The notes under the pieces: generated by a model
Told to the model about the DNA's origin: nothing
The model's database searches: none
What the model saw: the letters and a program-made list of their open reading frames with translations, nothing else
Part shown: positions 24,501 through 37,100 of the stretch, in pieces
Numbering within the stretch: position 1 is the first letter of the stretch
How the letters are laid out: every line of letters starts with the position of its first letter
Made by a program: the position numbers and the translations under genes
Assembly: GCA_032718475.1 (NCBI GenBank)
Contig: JAUCBJ010002882.1
Coordinates: 1 to 61,474, forward strand
Length of the DNA stretch: 61,474 nucleotides
Reading direction: 5' to 3'
Source of the DNA: Nemertoderma westbladi
Lineage: Eukaryota > Animalia > Xenacoelomorpha

Positions 24501-27500
24501 AGTGGAATTATAGAGTTTGTACAGTTAGTGAAACTATAGAGTTTGTACAGTTAGTGGAACTATAGAGTTTGTACAGTTAGTGGAACTATAGAGTTTGTAC
24601 AGTTAGTGGAACTATAGAGTTTGTACAGTTAGTGGAACAATAGAGTTTGTACAGTTAGTGGAACTATAGAGTTTGTAAAGTTAGTGGAACTATAGAGTTT
24701 GTAAAGTTAGTGGAACTATAGAGTTTGTACAGTTAGTGGAACTATAGAGTTTGTACAGTTAGTGGAACTATAGAGTTTGTAAAGTTAGTGGAACTATAGA
24801 GTTTGTACAGTTAGTGGAACTATAGAGTTTGTAAAGTTAGTGGAACTATAGAGTTTGTAAAGTTAGTGGAACTATAGAGTTTGTAAAGTTAGTGGAACTA
24901 TAGAGTTTGTACAGTTAGTGGAACTATAGAGTTTGTACAGTTAGTGGAACTATAGAGTTTGTAAAGTTAGTGGAACTATAGAGTTTGTACAGTTAGTGGA
25001 ACAATAGAGTTTGTACAGTTAGTGGAACTATAGAGTTTGTAAAGTTAGTGGAACTATAGAGTTTGTAAAGTTAGTGGAACTATAGAGTTTGTACAGTTAG
25101 TGGAACTATAGAGTTTGTAAAGTTAGTGGAACTATAGAGTTTGTACAGTTAGTGGAACAATAGAGTTTGTACAGTTAGTGGAACTATAGAGTTTGTACAG
25201 TTAGTGGAATTATAGAGTTTGTACAGTTAGTGAAACTATAGAGTTTGTACAGTTAGTGGAACTATAGAGTTTGTACAGTTAGTGGAACTATAGAGTTTGT
25301 ACAGTTAGTGGAACTATAGAGTATGTACAGTTAGTGGAACTATAGAGTTTGTACAGTTAGTGGAACTATAGAGTTTGTACAGTTAGTGGAACTATAGAGT
25401 TTGTAAAGTTAGTGGAACTATAGAGTTTGTACAGTTAGTGGAACAATAGAGTTTGTACAGTTAGTGGAACTATAGAGTTTGTAAAGTTAGTGGAACTATG
25501 GAGTTTGTACAGTTAGTGGAACTAAAGAGTTTGTACAGTTAGTGGAACTAAAGAGTTTGTACAGTTAGTGGAACTATAGATTTGGAAGGGTTAGTGGAAC
25601 TATAGAGTTTGTACAGTTAGTGGAACTATAGAGTTTGTACAGTTAGTGAAACTATAGAGTTTGTACAGTTAGTGGAACTATAGATTTGGAAGGGTTAGTG
25701 GAACTATAGAGTTTGTACAGTTAGTGGAACTATAGAGTTTGTACAGTTAGTGGAACTATAGAGTTTGTAAAGTTAGTGGAACTATGGAGTTTGTACAGTT
25801 AGTGGAACTAAAGAGTTTGTACAGTTAGTGGAACTATAGAGTTTGTACAGTTAGTGGAACAATAGAGTTTGTACAGTTAGTGGAACTATAGAGTTTGTAA
25901 AGTTAGTGGAACTATGGAGTTTGTACAGTTAGTGGAACTAAAGAGTTTGTACAGTTAGTGGAACTAAAGAGTTTGTACAGTTAGTGGAACTATAGAGTTT
26001 GTACAGTTAGTGGAACTATAGAGTTTGTACAGTTAGTGGAACTATAGAGTTTGTACAGTTTAGTGGAACTATAGAATTTGTACAGTTAGAGGAACTATAG
26101 AGTTTGTACAGTTAGTGGAACAATAGAGTTTGTACAGTTTAGTGGAACAATAGAGTTTGTACAGTTTAGTGGAACTATAGAGTTTGTACAGTTTAGTGGA
26201 ACTATAGAGTTTGTACAGTTAGAGGAACTATAGATTGGAAGGGTTAGTAGAACTATAGAGTTTGTACAGTTAGTGGAACTATAGAGTTTGTACAGTTAGT
26301 GGATCTATAGATTTTGTACAGTTGGTGGAACTATAGAGTTTGTACAGTTAGTGGAACTATAGATTTGGAAGGGTTAGTAGAACTATAGAGTTTGTACAGT
26401 TAGTGGAACTATAGAGTTTGTAAGGTTAGTGGAACTATAGAGTTTGTGCAGTTAGTGGAACTATAGAGTTTGTTCAGTTAGTGGAACTATAGAGTTTGTA
26501 CAGTTAGTGGAACTATAGAGTTTGTACAGTTAGTGGAACTATAGAGTTTGTACAGTTAGTGGAACTATAGAGTTTGTACAGTTAGTGGAACTATAGAGTT
26601 TGTACAGTTAGTGGAACTATAGAGTTTGTACAGTTAGTGGAACTATAGAGTTTGTACAGTTAGTGGAACTATAGAGTTTGTACAGTTAGTGGAACTATGG
26701 AGTTTGTACAGTTAGTGGAACTATAGAGTTTGTACAGTTAGTGGAACTATAGAGTTTGTACAGTTAGTGGAACTATAGAGTTTGTACAGTTAGTGGAACT
26801 ATAGAGTTTGTACAGTTAGTGGAACTATCGATTTGGAAGGGTTAGTAGAACTATAGAGTTTGTACAGTTAGTGGAACTATAGAGTTTGTAAGGTTAGTGG
26901 AACTATAGAGTTTGTGCAGTTAGGGGAACTATAGAGTTTGTACAGTTAGTGGAACTATAGAGTTTTTCACAGTTAGTGGAACTATAGAGTTTGTACAGTT
27001 AGTGGAACTATAGAGTTTGTGCAGTTAGTGGAACTATAGAGTTTGTACAGTTAGTGGAACAATAGAGTTTGTACAGTTAGTGGAACTATAGAGTTTGTAC
27101 AGTTAGTGGAACTATGGAGTTTGTACAGTTAGTGGAACTATAGAGTTTGTACAGTTAGTGGAACTATAGAGTTTGTACAGTTAGTGGAACTATAGAGTTT
27201 GTACAGTTAGTGGAACTATAGAGTTTGTACAGTTAGTGGAACTATCGATTTGGAAGGGTTAGTAGAACTATAGAGTTTGTACAGTTAGTGGAACTATAGA
27301 GTTTGTAAGGTTAGTGGAACTATAGAGTTTGTGCAGTTAGGGGAACTATAGAGTTTGTACAGTTAGTGGAACTATAGAGTTTGCACAGTTAGTGGAACTG
27401 TAGAGTTTGTACAGTTAGTGGAACTATAGAGTTTGTGCAGTTAGTGGAACTATAGAGTTTGTACAGTTAGTGGAACAATAGAGTTTGTACAGTTAGTGGA

Positions 27501-28328
27501 ACTATAGAGTTTGTACAGTTAGTGGAACTATAGAGTTTGTACAGTTAGTGGAACTATAGAGTTTGTGCAGTTAGTGGAACTATAGAGTTTGTACAGTTAG
27601 TGGAACAATAGAGTTTGTACAGTTAGTGGAACTATAGAGTTTGTACAGTTAGTGGAACTATAGAGTTTGTAAGGTTAGTGGAACTATAGAGTTTGTACAG
27701 TTAGTGGAACTATAGAGTTTGTACAGTTAGTGGAACTATAGAGTTTGTACAGTTAGTGGAACTATAGAGTTTGTACAGTTAGTGGAACTATAGAGTTTGT
27801 GCAGTTAGTGGAACTATAGAGTTTGTACAGTTAGTGGAACAATAGAGTTTGTACAGTTAGTGGAACTATAGAGTTTGTACAGTTAGTGGAACTATAGAGT
27901 TTGTACAGTTAGTGGAACTATAGAGTTTGTACAGTTAATGGAACTATAGAGTTTGTAAAGTTAGTGGAACTATGGAGTTTGTACAGTTAGTGGAACTATA
28001 GAGTTTGTACAGTTAGAGGAACTATAGATTTGGAAGGGTTAGTGGAACTATAGAGTTTGTACAGTTAGTGGAACTATAGAGTTTGTACAGTTAGTGGAAC
28101 TATAGAGTTTGTAAAGTTAGTGGAACTATAGAGTTTGTACAGTTAGTGGAACTATAGAGTTTGTACAGTTAGTGGAACTATAGAGTTTGTACAGTTAGTG
28201 GAACTATAGAGTTTGTACAGTTAGTGAAACTATAGAGTTTGTACAGTTAGTGGAACTATAGATTTGGAAGGGTTAGTGGAACTATAGAGTTTGTACAGTT
28301 AGTGGAACTATAGAGTTTGTAAGGTTAG
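21506..28328 (+). repeat. 26-bp satellite, left block (~260 monomers)
   Basis: Consensus GTTAGTGGAACTATAGAGTTTGTACA; the first unit (21506-21525) is degenerate. Confidence 0.99.
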
Positions 28329-31112
28329 CTGCATTTTTAAGAATGCTGTGCCGGCTTGTCAACAAAATTGCACCGCCACAACTCCCTAACACCCATGACA
28401 TTTGCTAGATCATCCGCATCTTTAAGGCCAGTGTCCTTTAAGATGCGTCTCAAGAAAGTCATGGGCTGTCCACCATGCTTATTCACTCCATGAGGCTGCC
28501 AAAGTACAAGATTATGCACTGGCTGGTCCTCACGGCGAAAGCAATGTCCTGCAAAGCGGAGGCGATTTTGTTCTAGTGTCAAGCTTGGGGGAACCAATTA
28601 GACACCTCCAATGTTATATAGTGTCTGGTTAGAGATGTGTGCATTGTACTTGACACAATGTACCTGGCGTAGCATTCTTGTGAATGTGCCATCCAGAGAT
28701 TTGGTGTCCTCAGCAGTTAGAGCCCAGCATGGACTCCCGTAGAGGAGTACTGGAACTACTGCTGCTCTAAATAATCGGACCTTAAGTTTCCGATTAATTC
28801 TCGGTGACTTCCAAATCCTGGAAAGCCTATTCAAGGCTGCCCATGCCTTTCCCTTACGTATTCGAAGGTCCTCACCTGACTTCCGGATCCATGATCCCAG
28901 GTAACAGAAGTCGTTCACATGCTCAAGCATACCATCCTTTGAGCTTATGCTCATCCTATCAGAGACTTGCTGAGGACTTTCAAAGTTAACTGTCAGAATT
29001 TTGGTCTTTCTGGAGTTAATAAAAAGACCAACACTAGAAGCAGCATGTTCTAATGAGCTGAGGAGCCGTTGGGCTCCCTCTAATGATTCTGAGAGTACTC
29101 CTAAGTCATCAGCAAAGTCTAGATCAATTAGGTACTTGGCAGGATTTCCTCGACTTCTGGAGCCAGTAGGTGGAGTTATCATCACCCCATCATCATTATA
29201 ATGATCTAAGGACATGCGTAGAACATAGTTAACCACAATAATGAACAAGAATGGTGCAAGTGTGTCTCCTTGGAGGACGCCCCATAACACTTCAAATGGT
29301 TCTGTGTCACCGTCAACAGTAGACACAAATGTTGTCGAACCATCGTATACTGATCTGATTGCTGCAATAATTTCATCAGGAATCCCATATAATGAAAGTA
29401 TGCTGAACATACGTGAGCGAGAGACTGAATCAAAGGCCTTGAAGAAGTCAACAAAGATAACAGCCAGATGCCTGTCTTTCTTTTTTGATAACTCTTCAAT
29501 TATCCTTCTAAGTGCCAAAATGGGCTCCATGGTCCCACGACCTTTACGGAACCCATTCTGATTTCCACGGAGCAGTCTCTCAATGGGATCCCTGATGCGA
29601 TTTAATAGAATCCTATTGTATAGCTTTGCAGCAATCGAGATCAATGAGATTCCCCGAAAAGAACCATAGAGTGTTAGGTTGCCCTTCTTGGGAACTGGCA
29701 CCAACTTATTTGTTTTCATTTCTTGTGGGACTCTTGTTGTTCGGTACATGTCTACTATGATGGGATAGATGAGCTTTAAACACTCAGGTATTTTAAAGAC
29801 CTCAGGGGGAACACCATCTACTCCACTGGCACGATTTGTCTTAATGCTCTTTGCAGCAGCCTTCACTTCTGCAAAGGAGATATCGCCAATGGGAATATCT
29901 AGGAGTACAGACTCAGACACTTTTACTTCTATAAAGTTATCAGGCAATACCCTGTCATTATTGAGGAGCTTTTCAAAGTGGGCTTTCCAACCATTGAGGC
30001 GATCGGCTGGTGATTCAGCCTTAACCTTGGTGGTTGGTTGGCTTTTCCGCCCAGTAAGCAGATTGATCGATTTCCATGCCTGGGATGATTGCCTGCTGTC
30101 GTCAGGATCATTGATGGCATCAACCTGTTGGTTTATTAGCTCCTGTAGATTAGCAGAGTACTGCCTGTTCAGGGACCTAGATGCAGCCTTAACTGCATTC
30201 TTGGCCGCTGTAGTCTGTTTGAGTCGGGACTCTTTCTGCGCCTTATGAAGGTCATTTCGGCACTTCTGAATTTTGTTGTCAGTCCAGGGGGCCCTTTTCC
30301 TGTTTCGAGGGTATACAGGAACTGTTTCTGCAGCTGCTAACTTAACTGCTTCTGTAAAGGCAGTATAGCCCTCACAGTGATCTGCCGCCTCAGAGGCAAG
30401 AGCCTCATACCTGTTGCTCAGCTGTAGTGTGAAGCTGGATCTCACACTTGGCTGTTGCAACAGAGAGGACCAGTCATGCCGCGCCGCGGCAAGGCAGATT
30501 TCGTTGTTCTGCTAGCACGCCGACTAAGTCTTACCTTGGCCACAATAAGGCGGTGATCACTGGAGAAGGGTCGAAGTGTAAATGCATTACAGTCTTGTAT
30601 AGAGCTCCTGTATTTCCTACGAAACAGAATATGGTCTATCTGGGACTTGTGACCACTGGGTCCACTATGAGTCCGTAGCTTTCCAGTTCGCTTCTTGAAC
30701 TGGGTTCCAGCTGAAAACAATCCATTTCCAGAGATAAAATCCTGAAGATGGACAGAATTTCGGTTAACACTATTGCTATAGACCCAGGGCGATGTAGGTG
30801 ATTGATGCAGACTTGCATTAAAGTCTCCCAGGAATGTTAAGAATGCATGCTGATCCACTCCATCAGTAGCTGCTTGTAGATTGTGGTAGAAATTTTCCAC
30901 CTCCTCTACAGGGGCAACACTAGTTGGAGAGTAGCACACAATCAGAACCACCTTAGGAAACTTCTTAGCCAGTCTTCCAGAACATGAGAAGTGGCAACGG
31001 ATGATGCGGTTAGAGATTTGGTCTATTTTGTCCAATGCTGCATGTGCAGTTGGATTCATCAATAGACCAATTCCACCATTGCCACTATCATCTGCTGACG
31101 CTAGGGCGAGTC
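28329..31112 (-). mobile_element. 5'-truncated, degenerate non-LTR retrotransposon (APE endonuclease + RT, RTE-like)
   Basis: Endonuclease motifs GGIGLL, CYSPT, GDFNA, QIDHIL, SDHR; RT motifs NQNGFRKGR, FVDFFKAFDSV, GVLQGDTLAPFLF, DFADD, YLGS; RTE-type C-terminus RLRFAGHCFR...ELWR. Flanked by GTTAG on both sides (28324-28328, 31113-31117). Confidence 0.93.
28337..31110 (-). pseudogene. LINE EN-RT ORF broken by a frameshift (~30445-30480) and an in-frame stop (28598-28600)
   Basis: Three consecutive pieces 31062-30442, 30460-28598 and 28597-28337. The first frame stays open up to the 5' junction (LALASADDSGNGGIGLLM). Confidence 0.9.
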
Positions 31113-34100
31113 GTTAGTGGAACTATAGAGTTTGTACAGTTAGTGGAACTATAGAGTTTGTACAGTTAGTGGAACTATAGAGTTTGTACAGTTAGTGGAA
31201 CTATAGAGTTTGTACAGTTAGTGGAACTATAGAGTTTGTACAGTTAGTGGAACTATAGAGTTTGTACAGTTTAGTGGAACTATAGAGTTTGTAAAGTTAG
31301 TGAAACTATGGAGTTTGTACAGTTTAGTGGAACTATAGAGTTTGTACAGTTAGTGGAACTATAGAGTTTGTACAGTTAGTGGAACTATAGAGTTTGTACA
31401 GTTAGTGGAACTATAGAGTTTGTACAGTTAGTGGAACTATAGAGTTTGTACAGTTAGAGGAACTATAGATTTGGAAGGGTTAGTAGAACTATAGAGTTTG
31501 TACAGTTAGTGGAACTATAGAGTTTGTACAGTTAGTGGAACTATAGATTTGGAAGGGTTAGTGGAACTATAGAGTTTGTACAGTTAGTGGAACTATAGAG
31601 TTTGTACAGTTAGTAGATCTATAGATTTGGAAGGGTTAGTGGAACTATGGAGTTTGTACAGTTAGTGGAACTATAGAGTTTGTACAGTTAGTGGAACTAT
31701 AGAGTTTGTAAAGTTAGTGGAACTATAGAGTTTGTACAGTTAGTGGAACTATAGAGTTTGTAAAGTTAGTGGAACTATAGAGTTTGTACAGTTAGTGGAA
31801 CTATAGAGTTTGTACAGTTAGAGGAACTATAGATTTGGAAGGGTTAGTAGAACTATAGAGTTTGTACAGTTAGTGGAACTATAGAGTTTGTACAGTTAGT
31901 AGATCTATAGATTTTGTACAGTTGGTGGAACTATAGAGTTTGTAGAGTTAGTGGAACTATAGATATGGAAGGGTTAGTGGAACTATAGATTTGGAAGGGT
32001 TAGTAGAACTATAGAGTTTGTACAGTTAGTGGAACTATAGAGTTTGTACAGTTAGTGGAACTATAGAGTTTGTACAGTTAGTGGAACTATAGAGTTTGTA
32101 CAGTTAGTGGAACTATAGAGTTTGTACAGTTAGTGGAACTATAGAGTTTGTACAGTTAGTGGAACTATAGAGTTTGTACAGTTAGTGGAACTATAGAGTT
32201 TGTAAAGTTAGTGGAACTATGGAGTTTGTACAGTTAGTGGAACTATAGAGTTTGTACAGTTAGTGGAACTATAGAGTTTGTACAGTTAGTGGAACTATAG
32301 AGTTTGCACAGTTAGTGGAATTATAGAGTTTGTACAGTTAGTGGAACTATAGATTTGGAAGGGTTAGTAGAACTATAGAGTTTGTACAGTTAGTGGAACT
32401 ATAGAGTTTGTACAGTTAGTGGAACTATAGAGTTTGTACATTTAGTGGAACTATAGAGTTTGTACAGTTAGTGGAACTATAGATTTGGAAGGGTTAGTAG
32501 AACTATAGAGTTTGTACAGTTAGTGGAACTATAGAGTTTGTACAGTTAGTGGAACTATAGAGTTTGTACATTTAGTGGAACTATAGAGTTTGTAAGGTTA
32601 GTGGAACTATAGAGTTTGTAAAGTTAGTGGAACTATGGAGTTTGTACAGTTAGTGGAACTATAGAGTTTGTACAGTTAGTGGAACTATAGAGTTTGTACA
32701 GTTAGTGGAACTATAGAGTTTGTACAGTTAGTGGAACTATAGAGTTTGTACAGTTAGTGGAACTATAGATTTGGAAGGGTTAGTAGAACTATAGAGTTTG
32801 TACAGTTAGTGGAACTATAGAGTTTGTACAGTTAGTGGAACTATAGAGTTTGTACATTTAGTGGAACTATAGAGTTTGTAAGGTTAGTGGAACTATAGAG
32901 TTTGTAAGGTTAGTGGAACTATAGAGTTTGTACAGTTAGTGGAACTATAGAGTTTGTACAGTTAGTGGAACTATAGAGTTTGTACATTTAGTGGAACTAT
33001 AGAGTTTGTACAGTTAGTGGAACTATAGAGTTTGTAAGGTTAGTGGAACTATAGAGTTTGTGCAGTTAGTGGAACTATAGAGTTTGTACAGTTAGTGGAA
33101 CTATAGAGTTTGTACAGTTAGTGGAACTATAGAGTTTGTACAGTTAGTGGAACTATAGAGTTTGTGCAGTTAGTGGAACTATAGAGTTTGTACAGTTAGT
33201 GGAACAATAGAGTTTGTACAGTTAGTGGAACTATAGAGTTTGTACAGTTAGTGGAACTATCGAGTTTGTACAGTTAGTGGAACTATAGAGTTTGTGCAGT
33301 TAGTGGAACTATAGAGTTTGTACAGTTAGTGGAACAATAGAGTTTGTACAGTTAGTGGAACTATAGAGTTTGTACAGTTAGTGGAACTATAGAGTTTGTA
33401 AGGTTAGTGGAACTATAGAGTTTGTACAGTTAGTGGAACTATAGAGTTTGTACAGTTAGTGGAACTATAGAGTTTGTACAGTTAGTGGAACTATAGAATT
33501 TGTACAGTTAGTGGAACTATAGAGTTTGTACAGTTAGTGGAACTATAGAGTTTGTGCAGTTAGTGGAACTATAGAGTTTGTACAGTTAGTGGAACAACAG
33601 AGTTTGTACAGTTAGTGGAACTATAGAGTTTGTACAGTTAGTGGAACTATAGAGTTTGTACAGTTAGTGGAACTATAGAGTTTGTACAGTTAGTGGAACT
33701 ATAGAGTTTGTAAAGTTAGTGGAACTATGGAGTTTGTACAGTTAGTGGAACTATAGAGTTTGTACAGTTAGAGGAACTATAGATTTGGAAGGGTTAGTAG
33801 AACTATAGAGTTTGTACAGTTAGTGGAACTAATAGAGTTTGTAAAGTTAGTGGATCTATAGATTTTGTACAGTTAGAGGAACTTTAGATTTGGAAGGGTT
33901 ATTAGAACTATAGAGTTTGTACAGTTAGTGGAACTATAGAGTTTGTACAGTTAGTGGAACTATAGAGTTTGTAAAGTTAGTGGAACTATAGAGTTTGTAA
34001 AGTTAGTGGAACTATAGAGTTTGTACAGTTAGAGGAACTATAGATTTGGAAGGGTTAGTGGAACTATAGAGTTTGTACAGTTACTGGAACTAAAGTGTGT

Positions 34101-37100
34101 GCAGTTAGTGGAACTATAGAGTTTGTACAGTTACTGGAACTAAAGTGTGTGCAGTTAGTGGAACTATAGAGTTTGTACAGTTAGTGGAACTATAGAGTTT
34201 GTACAGTTAGTGGAACTATAGATTTGGAAGGGTTAGTGGAACTATAGAGTTTGTACAGTTAGTGGAACTATAGAGTTTGTACAGTTAGTGGAACTATAGA
34301 GTTTGTACAGTTAGTGGAACTATAGAGTTTGTACAGTTAGTGGAACTATAGAGTTTGTACAGTTTAGTGGAACTATAGAGTTTGTAAAGTTAGTGGAACT
34401 ATAGAGTTTGTAAAGTTAGTGGAACTATAGAGTTTGTACAGTTAGAGGAACTATAGATTTGGAAGGGTTAGTGGAACTATAGAGTTTGTACAGTTACTGG
34501 AACTAAAGTGTGTGCAGTTAGTGGAACTATAGAGTTTGTACAGTTACTGGAACTAAAGTGTGTGCAGTTAGTGGAACTATAGAGTTTGTACAGTTAGTGG
34601 AACTATAGAGTTTGTACAGTTAGTGGAACTATAGATTTGGAAGGGTTAGTGGAACTATAGAGTTTGTACAGTTAGTGGAACTATAGAGTTTGTACAGTTA
34701 GTGGAACTATAGAGTTTGTACAGTTAGTGGAACTATAGAGTTTGTACAGTTAGTGGAACTATAGAGTTTGTACAGTTAGTGGAACTATAGAGTTTGTACA
34801 GTTTAGTGGAACTATAGAGTTTGTAAAGTTAGTGGAACTATAGAGTTTGTAAAGTTAGTGGAACTATAGAGTTTGTACAGTTAGAGGAACTATAGATTTG
34901 GAAGGGTTAGTGGAACTATAGAGTTTGTACAGTTACTGGAACTAAAGTGTGTGCAGTTAGTGGAACTATAGAGTTTGTACAGTTACTGGAACTAAAGTGT
35001 GTGCAGTTAGTGGAACTATAGAGTTTGTACAGTTAGTGGAACTATAGAGTTTGTACAGTTAGTGGAACTATAGATTTGGAAGGGTTAGTGGAACTATAGA
35101 GTTTGTACAGTTAGTGGAACTATAGAGTTTGTACAGTTAGTGGAACTATAGAGTTTGTACAGTTAGTGGAACTATAGAGTTTGTACAGTTAGTGGAACTA
35201 TAGAGTTTGTACAGTTAGTGGAACTATAGAGTTTGTACAGTTAGTGGAACTATAGAGTTTGTACAGTTTAGTGGAACTATAGAGTTTGTAAAGTTAGTGG
35301 AACTATGGAGTTTGTACAGTTAGTGGAACTATAGAGTTTGTACAGTTAGTGGAACTATAGATTTGGAAGGGTTAGTGGAACTATAGAGTTTGTACACTTA
35401 GTGGAACTATAGAGTTTGTACAGTTAGTGGAACTATAGAGTTTGTACAGTTAGTGGAACTATAGAGTTTGTACAGTTAGTGGAACTATAGAGTTTGTACA
35501 GTTAGTGGAACTATAGAGTTTGTACAGTTTAGTGGAACTATAGAGTTTGTAAAGTTAGTGGAACTATGGAGTTAGTACAGTTAGTGGAACTATAGAGTTT
35601 GTACAGTTTAGTGGAACTATAGAGTTTGTACAGTTAGTGGAACTATAGAGTTTGTAAAGTTAGTGGAACTATGGAGTTTGTACAGTTAGTGGAACTATAG
35701 AGTTTGTACAGTTAGTGGAACTATAGATTTGGAAGGGTTAGTGGAACTATAGAGTTTGTACACTTAGTGGAACTATAGAGTTTGTACAGTTAGTGGAACT
35801 ATAGAGTTTGTACAGTTAGTGGAACTATAGAGTTTGTACAGTTAGTGGAACTATAGAGTTTGTACAGTTAGTGGAACTATAGAGTTTGTACAGTTTAGTG
35901 GAACTATAGAGTTTGTAAAGTTAGTGGAACTATAGAGTTTGTACAGTTAGTGGAACTATAGAGTTTGTACAGTTAGTGGAACTATAGAGTTTGTACAGTT
36001 AGTGGAACTATAGAGTTTGTACAGTTAGTGGAACTATAGAGTTTGTACAGTTAGTGGAACTATAGAGTTTGTACAGTTAGTGGAACTATAGAGTTTGTAC
36101 AGTTAGTGGAACTATAGAGTTTGTACAGTTAGTGGAACTATAGAGTTTGTACAGTTTAGTGGAACTATAGAGTTTGTACAGTTAGTGGAACTATAGAGTT
36201 TGTACAGTTAGTGGAACTATAGAGTTTGTACAGTTAGTGGAACTATAGAGTTTGTACAGTTAGTGGAACTATAGAGTTTGTACAGTTAGTGGAACTATAG
36301 AGTTTGTACAGTTAGTGGAACTATAGAGTTTGTACAGTTAGTGGAACTATAGAGTTTGTACAGTTAGTGGAACTATAGAGTTTGTACAGTTAGTGGAACT
36401 ATAGAGTTTGTACAGTTAGTGGAACTATAGAGTTTGTACAGTTAGTGGAACTATAGAGTTTGTACAGTTAGTGGAACTATAGAGTTTGTACAGTTAGTGG
36501 AACTATAGAGTTTGTACAGTTAGTGGAACTATAGAGTTTGTACAGTTAGTGGAACTATAGAGTTTGTACAGTTAGTGGAACTATAGAGTTTGTACAGTTA
36601 GTGGAACTATAGAGTTTGTACAGTTAGTGGAACTATAGAGTTTGTACAGTTAGTGGAACTATAGAGTTTGTACAGTTAGTGGAACTATAGAGTTTGTACA
36701 GTTAGTGGAACTATAGAGTTTGTACAGTTAGTGGAACTATAGAGTTTGTACAGTTAGTGGAACTATAGAGTTTGTACAGTTAGTGGAACTATAGAGTTTG
36801 TACAGTTAGTGGAACTATAGAGTTTGTACAGTTAGTGGAACTATAGAGTTTGTACAGTTAGTGGAACTATAGAGTTTGTACAGTTAGTGGAACTATAGAG
36901 TTTGTACAGTTAGTGGAACTATAGAGTTTGTACAGTTAGTGGAACTATAGAGTTTGTACAGTTAGTGGAACTATAGAGTTTGTACAGTTAGTGGAACTAT
37001 AGAGTTTGTACAGTTAGTGGAACTATAGAGTTTGTACAGTTAGTGGAACTATAGAGTTTGTACAGTTAGTGGAACTATAGAGTTTGTACAGTTAGTGGAA

